64,000 bases of DNA from the NCBI RefSeq assembly GCF_016433145.1, contig NC_058130.1:21740670-21804669 (forward strand), written 5' to 3'. A program made the translations under genes and the position numbers. Shown piece after piece: positions 48,391 to 61,821 of the stretch. Every line of letters starts with the position of its first letter. The stretch's first letter is position 1. The notes below the pieces were generated by a model that saw nothing but the letters and a program-made list of their open reading frames with translations, did no database searches and had not been told where the DNA came from. The DNA comes from Gracilinanus agilis. Its lineage: Eukaryota.

Positions 48391-51300
48391 GACATGTGCT
48401 CATTTAGAAGCTAGTTAGAACAAAAGATACCATTTAAAACATGAAATGCATCTAAAAGTTAATAATTGCTTTAAATTTCATGTTTTCTTTTTTGTTTGGG
48501 AAAAATATTAGCCGATAGAAAGGAAACCCATAAGGTTGACTCTATTTGGAAATTCTGAAAGCTGCAGAGAAGAGAAAAATGATGACAAAAGGATCCATCC
48601 AATGTAATCCACAGAGGCGATGAGGAAAAGAGAGCTTGCTTTAGTCAGCCTGTGCTGAGCTAGGGTGAACCCGGGTTAGCGCGTATTAATCATCTGTCAA
48701 AGACTGGAGGACTTTATCGGCCAATTATAGATAGAAATAAGTTTATAGCACATAAACATGGGGCAGAGCTACCAAGAATTCAAGCCCTAACACAACTAGC
48801 AGTGACATTTTTAGTACCGAGATAAGAGATGAATTTTTTAAAAAGCACTTTAAAAGGCTGTGCTATCTATTTCTGCGTGGGTACTTTAGAGTTATTTTAC
48901 AAAATTTTTATTTCTGTTAAACTATTTAGATATTTACCCCCAGAAATTTACCAAACTTCTCACTACGCTTACTCCCAATTTATCTAAGCTGGAGCAAGAA
49001 TAGCAAGTGCCATCATACTCTGAAAAAAGGCCCTGATTATGGGTGCCATCTCTAGGAGCTGCTCCCCAGAAGGTAATCATGGCTTATTTTACAAAATCAA
49101 GGACTAAGCAAAAATACCCTTCACTGTTTGAAGAACTCTAAACAAACACATAAATAAATGTGCCTGCAAAACCTAGAATACCAAGAGAAGGCATTTGAAA
49201 ATAAACTCTGTGAACCCGAAAATAGCATCCCTTCTGCTTGGCTTGGCACATCGGCCCAGCCTAGGGCAGGCAGCGATTCTCAGCACGGTGGAAGGCGGCA
49301 CACCTTCCCTGCGGCCCCCTCTACATGTCGAGGGCTACGATGGGGATTTCTGGACCCTGTCGAGGTCCTCGCTGTTCTCGGGGGCAGTCCTGTGGGTGCC
49401 CTGACAGCTCTAAAGGGCTAAATAAATGTGAGCTGCACGGTCAGTCCTAAAGGCATATTCCTTGGGCCAGGCTTCTCCCCCACTTGTGTAGCTCATATTG
49501 GCTTCTTGCGGGTATCGCCCGAGTCTCGCTCTGGGCTTAATAACTCCCGTCACTTATCACTGCATAATAGACAGCAATAAAAAATACATGTTTAAAAGCA
49601 GGCTGGCATTCTCGTGGCACCTATTACTTGGCAGCACCTATTACTGTGCTAAGGGATTTATAAATACCTGACAACCACCCTGAGGGGCAGGTGCTTTACA
49701 GATGAAGAAACTGAGGCAAACAGTGGTTGAACGACTTTCTAATAGGCTGGAGGCCTTCCTCGGTTTCTCTGTTAACTCTTGGCTCGGCCATCTGACCAGT
49801 CAATGAACAAGCATTCACCCGTGTTTCCTTGTGCCAGGCCACCATCTGAATCAGAAGTAAGTGAACTTTGGTTCCTTTCAGGTAGAGCAGCTTCTCGGCA
49901 AGGCCGCTGTCCAACGTCCTGGTGAGAAGCCCGTGTAAGTCCTTAGTGTCTGCTCACACCATCCTGGACACCAGCCCGGGAGGGGACAGCATGTGAGCCA
50001 ACCCATCTTCTCTTCCTCCCAGACATTTTCCTGACGAGAAGAGAGAACAAGTCCCTGAACAGGCTTGGGACTTTGGAGTTGTTTTCATCTAGAAATCACA
50101 CAGTCAGTTCCTGCAGGTCACCAACTCGAACCTTGACCCTAAATGATCTGAGGAAAAAAAATGTAGCTGTGGGTCGTGCTCCTCTGCCACTCCTTGGGTC
50201 CTTGTTTCCTCGGCAAGAGCATCTTCTCTCACTAGCAGCAAAGGAACGGCCATCTCCGTGGTTCCACTGTACCCCGCAAGGCCCCGATTTCAGGCAAGGC
50301 CTCTCCTTTCTTCCTTGTGAAGACTGAGAATGCTGACCTTTCAGAATCGAGCCCAGGGTTCAGCCTGGGAAAAGGGACTTGGGTAAGTGGGGAGAGTGAT
50401 GGGCTCCACTTTTACAGCTCCTTCAGAATTCTTTTATTTTTCCATTTTAGTATCTATATCCTTTAAAGTATGTTCTTTACTCTGGGGTATAATAGCCTGG
50501 GGGATAGTTGGGTAAGATATAAAATAAATAAATGTCATGAGATGAGGCATGGCTTTCAATTACAAGTTATAAATTTTTTTTTACAAGATACGATTTCTCC
50601 AATTTTTATATGATGATACATGCTGACCTCATAATTTTATCACCTTTTATATTTATGGCCCAATAATGCCTTCCTGGCAAATCACAAAGGCTGCTGGATT
50701 TATGACACAACAGCCTGATAGGTAATTTACAGATTCTCTGATTGACTGTAAAACAATTTTCTAGGAAAACTGGTGGATAACATACTGGCAAATTAAGGTG
50801 ACTCCTTTTTTTTTTCCCTGAAGAAATTTGGCTTTTAATTTCAATAAATGAAAATATAAATTAACTTTGCTGAGTGATTAAACATTTACGGAATGACATA
50901 AAGCACGCTATCTATTTAGCTGATGAGGCACTTCCCCGTCCTGGTCACCCTCCTCTGGGCCCTTTCCAAAATGCAGTGACCAGACGGAGGTGAGGCCTGA
51001 AGCCTGACCGGAGGATGATCTCACCTTCCTCCTATTCCTGGAAGGTGTGTCTCGCTCCAGCCAGCCTCAGAGGGCACCGGCATCTCTAGGAGCCACGTCA
51101 AATGAGCTTCTTGTCCACTAAAACCCCCAGATCTTTGTCAGACAAACGTTTAATGATCTCTCTCCCAATCTTGTAGCTGCACAGCTCTTTTCTGGAACTC
51201 AAGGATACTCTCAAGTGAAATGTCTGCACAGAAAGCATTTTCTTTATAAACTTAAAGGAGTTTAAGTGAACAGATCATATACTCCAAATGAAAATCTGCA

Positions 51301-52554
51301 GCCCAATAAGGAAGAGGCTTCCTTCATGTCTTATCCGGATGCTTGCGACGGTTTGGGGAGCAGAGCAGCTCTAAGGAGATGTGAGCAGAGCCTGGGGAGG
51401 GGCCTGCAAGAGGATCTTTGAGGGCCCCCCAATTACATTAGAAAACCCCCAAACAGGAGGCCTCCTTGCTAGGGAGGGGTACGAGGAGACTCAGAAGCTG
51501 GCCTCCCTCCTCCCTCGGGGCCAATCCTTCTACCACATCTCATGACCGCCTCACGGATTCCCATGACTCACTCAGCTTAGCATCGACGCCGCTAGGGAGG
51601 AGGGCGGCTCGCTCTTGCATGATCTAGAAAAATAAGGTGTTGCTCATAAAATTAAGCGTGTTTCTGGTTTAATTTGGTTGGGGGAACTCTTGGTCTGGAC
51701 ACTCCCTCCACCAACAGCAAGTCCTGCGTAAGCCGCAGTCTGAGATAGTCATCTGGAGGGGCCGAACTTTGACGGGCCAGGGGCCAGGCAGGGCGAGAAT
51801 TCGAGGCCTGAGTCTCCCCTCCATGCGTCTGCCTCTGGGGAATGAAGGGGTAAAGCAAACTGGCTGGAGAAAACGTGTATTGTACAGAAATCCTGCTGCT
51901 TCCGAGTATTACAGAAACAGATATTTATAAGGAAAGGACAACGTTAGCAGATCCTAATTCCATTTCTTTCTTATCTATTGATTATATCAGAAGACAACTT
52001 GTGGCTTTGATTAATAACCAAAGCAACTAGCTTTGTGGAGTAACTTTTGTAACTGAGAGAAATAAAATATGTATAACAGATATACCAAACAAACAAACAA
52101 ATATTTATAAATGTATACACCAAATATTTATTTGAAAGTTTTCTAACGCACTTTGCTTTCACCAAGATGCTGGATCCTTACCAGGTAAGACTCAGTTTTT
52201 TCATATGGAATATGGGAACCATAATACTTGCATTAGTATGAAAAAGTACTCTGTAAATTCGAACACAATATATCTGCATAATTTATGAATAATAATCACG
52301 AGGTTTTATTGCATTATCCAATGTTCCTTTACAAATCTGATATGGTTTTAAAAATAGTGGTATTAGGACTCAAGAGATTCTGGAACACGAAATGGTTGTT
52401 TAAATTTGTGGAAGTAAACTTGAAAGGCTTTAAAGTTTTTGAAAAAAAATTTAAAAATATAATGAATTATCACTTGCCAGTTTAAAAATAAAAGTCATGT
52501 TTAGTATTTATTCTTAAGAAAAGCATAGAACAAAGGCCAGTCAATCATCTAAGA

Positions 52555-52761
52555 CAGGGGTCGGCAATGTATGGCTCTTGAGCCATATCTGGTTCTTTTG
52601 AGGGCCAGATTTGGCTCTTTCTGCAGGAGCCATAAAGTCCATTTTTTTCCAGGTGCTGTTACAGGAGCGGCACTGTGAGCCCTGTACGGCTCTCACAAAA
52701 TTACATTTTAAAAAAATGTGGCGTTTATGGCTCTCACGGCCAAAAAGGTTGCCAACCCCTG
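52555..52761. mobile_element. hAT (Charlie-type) MITE, 207 bp
   Basis: TIRs caggggtcggcaat / caggggttggcaac (12/14). Perfect 8-bp TSD atctaaga at 52547-52554 and 52762-52769. Confidence 0.92.
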
Positions 52762-52810
52762 ATCTAAGAGGTCTAAGCCCTCATCATTAGGAGAGCAGCT
52801 GATAGCTTAC

Positions 52811-52872
52811 CGAGGGTTCGAAGGAGAAGGAGGATCCATTTCTTTCTGATAATGGCGACCTTGATTGACAGG
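52811..52872 (-). CDS. CFAP20DC: CFAP20DC third-from-last coding exon, [20 protein letters not shown](R)
   Basis: Found by manual translation. Acceptor cctttgcag|CCT, donor CCTCG|gtaagc, length 62 nt (60+2). The final CG plus the G of the next exon makes Arg. Resembles remembered human [21 protein letters not shown]. Confidence 0.95.
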
Positions 52873-53029
52873 CTGCAAAGGATCATTAAAAGAGTAGTTT
52901 AGAATATATTGCTGCAAATATACTCTTTCAAAAAGTGCTGCTCTTAAGCACGCACTTGACTGTGGAAGGAATTCATCACTGACTTCCTCTAACCTGTCTC
53001 AGTTCACCAACTGGTTAACTTATTCAGGA

Positions 53030-54070
53030 TGAGTACGAGAATCCCAAAAGGAGAGAGCCAGCTGCTCTCTGGGGCTGGCAGAGTAAGCCCAGAGATGGGG
53101 CTGCACACTCTTCCAGACTTTCTTCTGAAAATCCTTCCATCTGGCTAGTCTTGAAAACTTTTGTCTCCTCTTTTCTCTTCACGGCCAATCCTTGACTAGA
53201 TCTGTTAGCTCTAGTCCTCGTATTACTTCTACTTCTGAGATCTCTCACCCACCGCTGGGACTATCTAGCGCATGTCTTACTAGCCTTTTGCCTGGCTGCT
53301 GGAATAATCTTGGAACTGGCTTCCCTGTCTTTAGGTTCTCAATTCCTTTGCCTCCTCTCCATACACAGTCTACATTAATTTTTAATAAAAGCCCATCTTG
53401 GATCCTAGCTTCTCCATTCAAAAATCTCTAATGTCTCCCCATTTCTTGTGAAATAACCAGTTTTTTTAGTATTTAAGGCCTGATATTATCTAAGTATCAA
53501 CCTCAGTTTTCACACCCATTTTTCTCTTTTCTGGGTTAATTTCTTGCCTCTCCAAAGGGGGGAGGGTGGTGAGATGAGGGGTTAGTCAATACAAAGGAAG
53601 AGAAGTGGGATGTGGGCTACCATGATTGATGTGTGCTGGACAGATGATGATGGGGAGGAGGAGGAGGGGGAGGAGGAGGAGGAGGAGGTCTAACTTCACT
53701 GGGAAAGCAGCTTTATGTGCTAGTTGCAATGGACTTTTAAAAAGTCAAACCGAGGCCTTTATATTTGATCCTAAAGCAATACGGAGCTCCTAGAGCTAAC
53801 TGAGTAGGGAGTGTGACACGATCTGACCTATCATTTGGGAAAATCCCTTTCCAAGCCGTGTTTAGTATGGCCTAGAATCGGGAAAATCGATGAGGGGATT
53901 GCCATAGTCCAAGTGAAAGGTGATGAGGGCCTGAAGGAAACTACATAGGCAAACACGCATATTCCAGACTCCCTCTTTTGACATTCTACAGCTCTCCGCT
54001 TCCCTCTTTTATCTATTATTAAAGCCTTCTGGTAAACAAGTGCTTTAGCTTCTCCATCAAACTTCTTGGG
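53030..54070. mobile_element. L2 remnants in both orientations with a (GGA)n tract
   Basis: L2-like pyrimidine-rich tract at 53030-53460 and a purine-rich tract at 53690-54070. Confidence 0.55.
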
Positions 54071-54101
54071 CAAATATAGGTTGGTTCATGTTTCCTATAG
54101 A

Positions 54102-54490
54102 CTAGTGGTGTCAAATTCACATAGAAAAGGGGTTCCTGTGGGCTACATATTGACTTAGAAAACCCATAAATTAATATTATCTTTGTGGTATTGTAATTTT
54201 ATTTATTTTGTTAAACATTTCCCAATTACATTTTATTTGGATTCAGAGCCATTAAAGGAGTTTTATTGGGATTCCTAAGAGTTTGACACCTCTGCCCTAG
54301 ACTTCTGGTGGTCCCAAGACACTCTTTATAATATGGTCAAAGCTCTTTTCAAAATAATACAAAGGCTTTTAATTTCTAATACAGTAAATATAGATAGGTA
54401 TAACATAAACAAAAGTTCTTTGAGAGGATCTTTGATAATTTTTAAGAACAGAAAGGGGTCCTGGGACTAAAGAGTTAGAAAACCATATCC
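54102..54490. mobile_element. Two adjacent old hAT-Charlie MITEs (the first Cheshire_Mars-like)
   Basis: tagtggtgtcaaattc...gagtttgacacctctg, followed by cagtaaatatagataggtataacataaacaaaagttcttt...aaaggggtcctgggactaaagagttagaaaacc. Confidence 0.6.
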
Positions 54491-54559
54491 TTATTTTGAG
54501 TCCTCTATCTTGGGTTTGGTATGTCTGAGGGACAAGCATGGCCCCCTCATGCTCTGGTA

Positions 54560-55440
54560 TTCTTCTCTTAAATTTTAAATTAATTCAAAAATACTTTATT
54601 TTTCCAATTACATGTAATAATTTTCAACATGTTTCCCCAAATTATAAGATCCAAAAAAATCTCCTTCCCTTCCTCCACTGGGAGGTGTTAAGCAACTGGA
54701 TCTAGGCCAAATGTGTATGACCATACAACACATACTTCCATATTGGCCATTGTATGAGAATACTCATACAAAACCAGAATACCAAAATAAAACAGTAAAT
54801 ACACTGATGTGGAAGATAATATGCTTTGATTCACATCCATCTGATCCAAAAGTTCTTTCTCTGGAAAGGGAGAACATTCCCTGCTATAAGTCTTTCAGGG
54901 TTGTCCCAGATCATTGTGTGGCTGAGAGTAGCCAAGTTTTCATAGCTGATCATCATATAATATTGCTATTATTATATACAATGTTCTCCTGGTTCTGCTT
55001 ATTTCGCTTTGCATCAGTTCCTGCAGATCTTTGCAGCTTTTTCTGAAATCTTTCTGCTTATCACTTCTTATAGCACAATAGTATTCCATCACCAACATTA
55101 CCACGGCTTATTCAGTCATCCCCCAAATGATGGAAATTTTCTCAATTTCCCATTCTCTGCCACCACAAAAAGAGTTGCTATATTTTTTGTACAAGTCAAT
55201 CTAACCCCTTTTTATGATCTCTTTGGAATACAGACCCAGTTGTGGTATTATAGAGTCAAAGTAATTCATTGTTTTGTAGCTCTTTGGGCAGTTACAAATT
55301 GCCCTCCAGAATGGTTGGATCATCCCCTCCAACAGGTATCCCTTCACTGTCATAATTGGCCAATCTGCTAGGTGTGAGGTGGCACCTCAGTGTTGCTTTA
55401 ATTTGCATTTCTCTAATCCAGAGGGATTTAGAACATTCTT
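54560..55440 (-). mobile_element. Marsupial L1 3' fragment
   Basis: Antisense L1 3'UTR and ORF2 end (tttcccattctctgccaccacaaaaagagttgctat, gtgttgctttaatttgcatttctctaat). Confidence 0.85.
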
Positions 55441-56127
55441 TCCTAGGATTGCGGCAGCTCTGATGTCCTTAGACCTGGTCTTGGGAGAGACAACCAGGGA
55501 GGAAGCAGCAGGAACAACAGGGCCAACTTTCCCACTCGTTGGTAGGCCTGAATGAGCTGAGTAAGGAAAAATGGGACGAGCAAATGAGAATGAGAATTTA
55601 GGGCTGAGCCGCAGCCACAAAGGAGAAGCTTGAGGAGAGCCGCTGCCTCCGTGGAAGAGAAGCCTAAAGCCACTACTTTTATCCATTTTCTCTTCAAGGA
55701 CTGAGAAAGTTTTATAAAAAAGTCGGCTCTTTCCCCAGGAGGGCCTCTCAGCATCTCCACACGAACAGGATCTGCTCATTTACCTAAACATTTCTAGTAA
55801 CTTGAATTTTGCCTAAACCCCCCAGAGACCAAGAGTTAGTTCTGGATAGGCCCAAGTTCCAGTTAGGACAGATTGCCGAATGTCCATCTCAGCTGTCTAT
55901 TGTGATTATGCCTCTAACTTCTATTGCTTCAGGCTCCAAACCCAGGTTGATGCTTCTCTCTCCAGAGCCAAAGGGGCTGGCGGGGAGTTGGGCAGCCAGC
56001 TGCGCCTCCAAAGCAATCCCCACCACCCCCGGGGCCATCCAGCGCAATGTCTGTCTAGACACACGGACACCCCTAAGTCACAAAGAGCGTGTCTAAAGGC
56101 AAACGTGTAAGGCACTGAGGGGAGGTA

Positions 56128-56665
56128 TGTAATGCAGGATTGGTGCAGCATCTCTTGCATTTACAAAATCGCCCAAGGCCATCCTGGCAGTTAGGGGAAG
56201 GGAACGTTGACCCAGCAAGTCCTAGTCTCTAGACCAGACAAGGAGCTGGAGACTACAAATTCCCCTGGTGAACCCACCTGGGGGTTGATTTCCTTGACCT
56301 CTCCCAGACACCCAGCTGCGCCCTGGACTTCCCCTCGGGCCCCAGGAGGTGCGATTTGGTGGGTTGTGGAACATGGGCAGGAATTAGTTAAGTTAGCCTA
56401 GCCAGACACCCCTAAACCAAATGATTACCCTCATTTATTCAAGCTGGTAGACCACCCTACATCGGGGCAGTGGAATTCTCCCTCACTGAGGGGCTGGGAA
56501 CGTTCCCTCAGCCTGATCCTACCTTCTGAGACCCTCTGCCAGCACTGGCCATTCACCCATAGTAACAGCTTTTCCAGACCTTAACCCTCCTCCCTCAGTT
56601 TACCCTTGTGTTTAAATAAACCTCTTGGCCTGATTCTGAGAGTTTCAGTGATTTCATTTATAACA
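56128..56665 (+). mobile_element. Probable ERV LTR preceded by a PPT-like tract
   Basis: gaggggaggta|TGTAATG...AATAAA (~56594)...tttataaCA. No TSD, as expected if it is a 3' LTR with internal sequence upstream. Confidence 0.5.
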
Positions 56666-58227
56666 TCAACCAGGGCTAGGGGCTGAGGAGGAGGAGGAGG
56701 ATCGTTGTCCCTTGTTTCCACAAGGGGTTAGACCAGGCATCCATCTTTTTCAGGGTTCACTTCCTGATGGTTTCCAGTTTCTCACCAGCAGGGAGGGCTC
56801 CTCACTCCTTACCTTCAAGGAGCCCACAGACAGCAAGCAGGGAGGGTGACTGGTCATCTCTGATCAGGACTCACATCCTGGGCTGTCCCAAATCAACAAA
56901 TCCTGAAGTTGTAGGCTGCCTGGCCCAGGAGACTGACTGGTACCACCAGCATCCCCTATTCTCAGCATGCTGAGCCCCCTTTATTACAGGGAGCAGCGTC
57001 GGCATATTTAGGTTTTGATGCTGCAGCATGCAGCACGCGCTGGGACCCGGCTTCTGGGGGGCTCCATCCCAGAAGGGCAAGCTCTGATCTGAATTCAAGC
57101 TGGGAGAAGCTGGCCTGGATCAATATGGCTGCACTTAGAGGTCCGTCACCAGGGCCAGCCCACGGCCCTGGTATCTTTAATCACTCGTGACAATCCTTTT
57201 AGGGTCGTAAGAGTTGAGATCTGAGGGGCTGGAGGGCTCCCTGGTGAAAGGATGGATCCTCGATATAAGATACTGGATGATTCTATGATATTTATGCCAA
57301 AATTCCAGGAGTGGCAAGGTATGTGTGAGCACTATCAGACGCCGTAGAATGGAAGAGAAACATTTGTGCCTCGGCTTGATTTCCCTCACATAAACTCGCA
57401 GTGAGCTGGTGGGGATCTGAGACGCTGCTCTGTGCAGAGCAGGTATTAGCTCCAATGGATGACCGAGTACTGAGCACTGATCGGTGAATTAAAAAAGGAT
57501 ACTTCGTAAAAACCCTTGGAAATGAAGAGTCTGGTCGCGCAGGCTCACCTTGATGCTTCGGTCTATTTTCTTGTCATCGCTGGGTGACAAGATCACCTTG
57601 AGCCAGCACTGGTCATCTGGCTCTCTTCTCTTGAGGCTAATTCCTCCACATCAACGTCCTCACGCTCGGAGCAGTGGGATGGTACCTCAGGGCACTTGTT
57701 TACCACACTGCCGTGCCAGTGAACCATCCCCAACACAAAAATCCACAGACATCAGCATCATTTTGCTTCTGTACATTTTCCTGGAGCCTGGAATCTGGAA
57801 TTAGGTGGGCGTGTCTTGGACTCCCTCCAAAGGGCTCCAAACTAAATTAAAAACTAAATAAATGATTGGGCACTAGAGCTCCGAAAAAGAGCCCACCATA
57901 CTGTAGAGCCACAGAACTTCAGAGCGGGAAGAGCCCTAAGAATTCATTTAGGCGGCTCCTTCTCTCCCCAAAACCCCACATCCCATTACACAGGAGGGGG
58001 CTGAGCCTGGAGAGCGGCTCAGACCAACATCTAAATGTGCTCGTGACCTTGAAGGCTCCTCTAACTGTTCCTTTACATCACAATGAAGTGGCTGATGTAG
58101 AACAGCACATAATTCACATTTTGAATGGATTTTAACGGGGCTCAGAAGTATGAAGGACACATATGATAGATGCTCTTTACAGCAGATCTTTTCCTTTTAT
58201 GATTCCTTGAGTATTCTTATTTAAATC

Positions 58228-58420
58228 AGGGGCTTTTAACCTGGGGGCCATGACCTTAGTTTTCTGATAGTTTGATAACTGTATTTCAATGGAATTGGTT
58301 CTAGTATAATCCTATGTATTTTATTTTATTAATTAAATGACATTTCTCTGAGAAAGGGTTCACGGAATTCACTGGACTGTGAAAGGGAATCCAGGAAACA
58401 AAAATAGTCCCCAAATCCTT
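58228..58420. mobile_element. Old hAT-Charlie MITE (Charlie4-like)
   Basis: caggggcttttaacctgggggccatg...tgataactgtatttcaat...taatcctatgtatttt...ctgagaaagggttcac. Confidence 0.65.
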
Positions 58421-58960
58421 CTTACTCTAAGCTGAAAGCTAAGGTTTTGAAAGAACACAGACATGAGCAAGTGAGCCAGGATGGAGGCATCACAAGGTAA
58501 AGACAATGAAATAAAAACAATAGCTATGAGAATATCAGAGGGAAGAACAAATCTAAAATTTGGTGTTGTGGTTGCAGTTATATAATTAAGGCCTTATTAT
58601 TTCTCAGAAAAAAAAGAGAAATTAGTCTAAGAAAAGGGCATAAATGAGTACCTTGTCCAGAACAGACCAGGTCAGGGTCCTTCCCTACAATAAACCTGAG
58701 GTTTACTGCTTAGTCCTCATCTACACATGTTTGCTTTACATGATGGAGCACCTACCAATTTACTTTAGACATGCCCATAATTTCCTGCAGCTCACTATCA
58801 GGAAGGCTTCTTGCGATTCAGCCAAAATGTCCATTTTCTTAATTTTATCCCGTTAATTGTATTTACACTTCTTTGTGCCAGACCAAAGAATTCTTTTGCC
58901 TCCTAAGTCATGCAAGTATTCACAGATTGCTACTATGTCTCTTGCAGAATGGCCATCTAG

Positions 58961-58961
<1 letters not shown>

Positions 58962-59037
<76 letters not shown>
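58962..59037. repeat. (TA)n microsatellite
   Basis: Perfect dinucleotide run of about 76 bp. Confidence 0.98.
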
Positions 59038-59042
<5 letters not shown>

Positions 59043-59099
59043 TTTGCATTATTAAAAGACTATAAAGTTATAAAACATTTATAACTATTACTTTATTTT

Positions 59100-59355
59100 A
59101 AGGGCAGCGAGGTTGCACAGTACATAGAAAGCATCAGGCTTGGAGTCAGGAAGAATCTTCTTCCTGAGTTCAACTCTGACCTCAGACACTAACTATGTGA
59201 CCCTGGGCAAGTCACTTAACCCTGTTTGCCTCAGTTTCCTCATCTATAAAACGAACTGGAGAAGGAAATGACAAATCATTCCAGTATCTTTGCCAGGAAA
59301 ATTCCAAATTGGGTCCTAGAGAGTTGGATGTGACTCAAAATGACTGAACGACTAC
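59100..59355 (+). mobile_element. Mar1-type CORE SINE
   Basis: gtgaccctgggcaagtcacttaaccctgtttgcctcagtttcctcatctataaaacgaactggagaaggaaatgacaaatcattccagtatctttgcc...atgactgaacgac. Confidence 0.85.
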
Positions 59356-59744
59356 AAATTTTGTATTAAAATAGAATCACAGAATTTTGAAGTTGGAAGA
59401 GGCCTCAATGGTTTGAAAAGTTTTGAAAAATACCTAACAATTGAGCATCCAGCCTAGTCAACACTGCAAAGTTGAATAACACAACTTAAGAGGTGATGGA
59501 AGAAATGAAATTTGGCAAAAAAGAGATTTATACTTTTAGTCTCTAACACTGATTTATACTGGGAAACTGTTTCTCTCAGTTTCTTCATCTCTAAAATAGA
59601 GATAAAAAAAACCACTGACCTCCCAGAATTGTGAAGATCAAATGAGAAAATATCTATAAAATGCTTAGTAAAGAGCCTGGCACACAGTAGGTGCTTAGTA
59701 AATACTCCTTCCTTCTCCTTCCTTCCCTTCTTCCTTCTTCTTCT

Positions 59745-59935
59745 TTTTTTTAACCCTTTCCTTCTGTCTTGGAGCCAATTGGCTCCAAGGCAGAAGAGTG
59801 GTAAAGGCTAGGCAATGGGGGTCAAGTGACTTGCCCAGGGTCACACAGCTGGGAAGTGTCTGAGGCCAGATTTGAACCCAGGACCTCCCGTTTCTAGGCC
59901 TGACTCTCAATCCACTGAGCTACCCAGCTGCCCCC
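59745..59935 (-). mobile_element. SINE1_Mdo
   Basis: Full antisense body ending ...ctcaatccactgagctacccagctgccccc, with a CT-rich tail extension. Confidence 0.92.
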
Positions 59936-61821
59936 AGAACAATCTGTTTTGATTAGTATACTTTCCATTAAGGAGATGATAGTATTCTGAGGCCTTAATG
60001 CAAACAGTATAATGTCATTTAATTTATTTTGCACTATTTTGATAAACATGTCATTATAGCATTACATATACATTGAAATCTTTGTCTGTCTCTCTTTGAT
60101 AGCTCCGTTAAACTGGACGCAAACACACAAACCACAAAGGTTCCCTTTCATTTGGCCCTTGACCAGGCGCCATTTTAAAGAGAAATGAGTCAAGTATTTT
60201 TTTTAAATCTTGATTTTTAAAAAATCATTTAGAACATAGGAAGAAGAGGGCCTGGCCTGAGAATTATGATCCTCAGAATAATAATACTGCAGCTGACAAT
60301 ACTACATCAAGTACTGGACAAGCATTTTTTCATCGGAAGCTCTGCAGTAACTCTGAGATAAGGCACTGCAGGGGTCACTCGTCCGCTCCTCTTGTGGACG
60401 AAGGGCCCAGGATGCAGGGAGGTTGGATGGGTTGCCCAGGGTCACACGGCCGGGGACGGGGTCTGATCCGAGGGCCTGCTGGCTTCCAGCACAGGCTTTC
60501 TCCCCTCGGCTGCCCCGCCGCGCATCCGCCCGGCAGCCCATCATCCTGAAGGGAATCTGCCCGCAGGAGTAACGGGATCGTGGCTCCAGCCCTCCAAGAG
60601 TAACTAAAGCCATCCATCTTGGTTTATGGCACCAAAAGGAAAACAAAAAAATGGCAGACGGGCATTTGGGACCCACATGGATGTACAACTTAAAGCTTCT
60701 CATGGACACATGCAGATATTTATATTTAAGTGAATAACATTTTGCCTTTTAACCAGAGACGGCAGAAATAGAATCCTAGAACAAGCTGGAAAAAAAAAAA
60801 CGCCCAGTTTTCTGTTTGAGGTGCCGAGTGAATGTAAACCAACCCTAAGCAACTTGCATACTTCGACAGTTTCTCTGACAGCACAGATATTACACTAACT
60901 ATAAAATACAGTTTTTAGTATATCATTTTTATAGTTGCATGAGAACATCTGTTCATCGGATTTATCCGTAGCTTAGCAAAATCAACTATCTTTTCAGGAC
61001 TGGACAATTTTTTAAAGCTCATTAAAGCTCAAAAGTAGTGGAGCAGTTAATGAACCTGAATGTATGGGGGAAATGCAATACTAAATTAGCTATCAAGTGC
61101 CAAAGACAGCGTGCAGCATGTAGAATACACGGAGCCAGAAGGTCCCCGTAGAAAATGCCACCAGCCCGGGCTGTGCGATGGGCACTAAGCAAAGGGACAG
61201 CCAAGAGCAGCTCTGGAGAGGCATCCTCCGGGGGGCGCCGCTGCGGTGCGCTAGTGTCAGGGAACCCACGTGCATGGAGTGAAGGGCCGCTGAGCCTGGA
61301 GGGCGGGAAGGATGCTAAGGAAGGAAGGCTTTGGTGTGCTTAAGGAAAACTTATTAAAATGGCAATAAAGTTTCAAGGCTATTAGTTAGGACTGTAAATA
61401 ATTTTTCAAAGACCTTCTCCATATGCTAATCAACGGACTCAATTCAATTTGTGAAATTGGCCTTATTTTTCTCCAAATTCCATTCATGACAGTGATTCGA
61501 TGTGATATGTAGATGAAGGTATTCTGGCACCTTTTTCCTAAACTGAAGACACAAATGAGTTCTTTATTAGGTTGAGGAATTGTTTAACTTGGGAGAATGA
61601 ATGATGACCTTGTGAGAATCTGTTTATGCAGCATATGCATCAAGCATTCTTTCCCAAAATTTGTCCTGAAATCATGAATATCTTAGAGTAATGAGTTTTT
61701 GTCTCATGGATTATTTACAAAGAAATAATGTGCTTCATCTGTGAGTGAATGAATGAAAAAGTGTGGAGAATAGCAACAGTGCCTGCTCTCAAGGAGTTCC
61801 TCTTCTAAAAAGGAACTTTGA

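Noticed and set aside
58857-59084. ORFs with (YI)n repeats (also 23389-23807)
   Set aside because: They are translations of (TA)n microsatellites.
60302-60709. 135-aa GC-rich minus-strand ORF
   Set aside because: It includes a CORE-SINE fragment (ttgcccagggtcacac) and has no similarity to CFAP20DC or any other protein I recognise.
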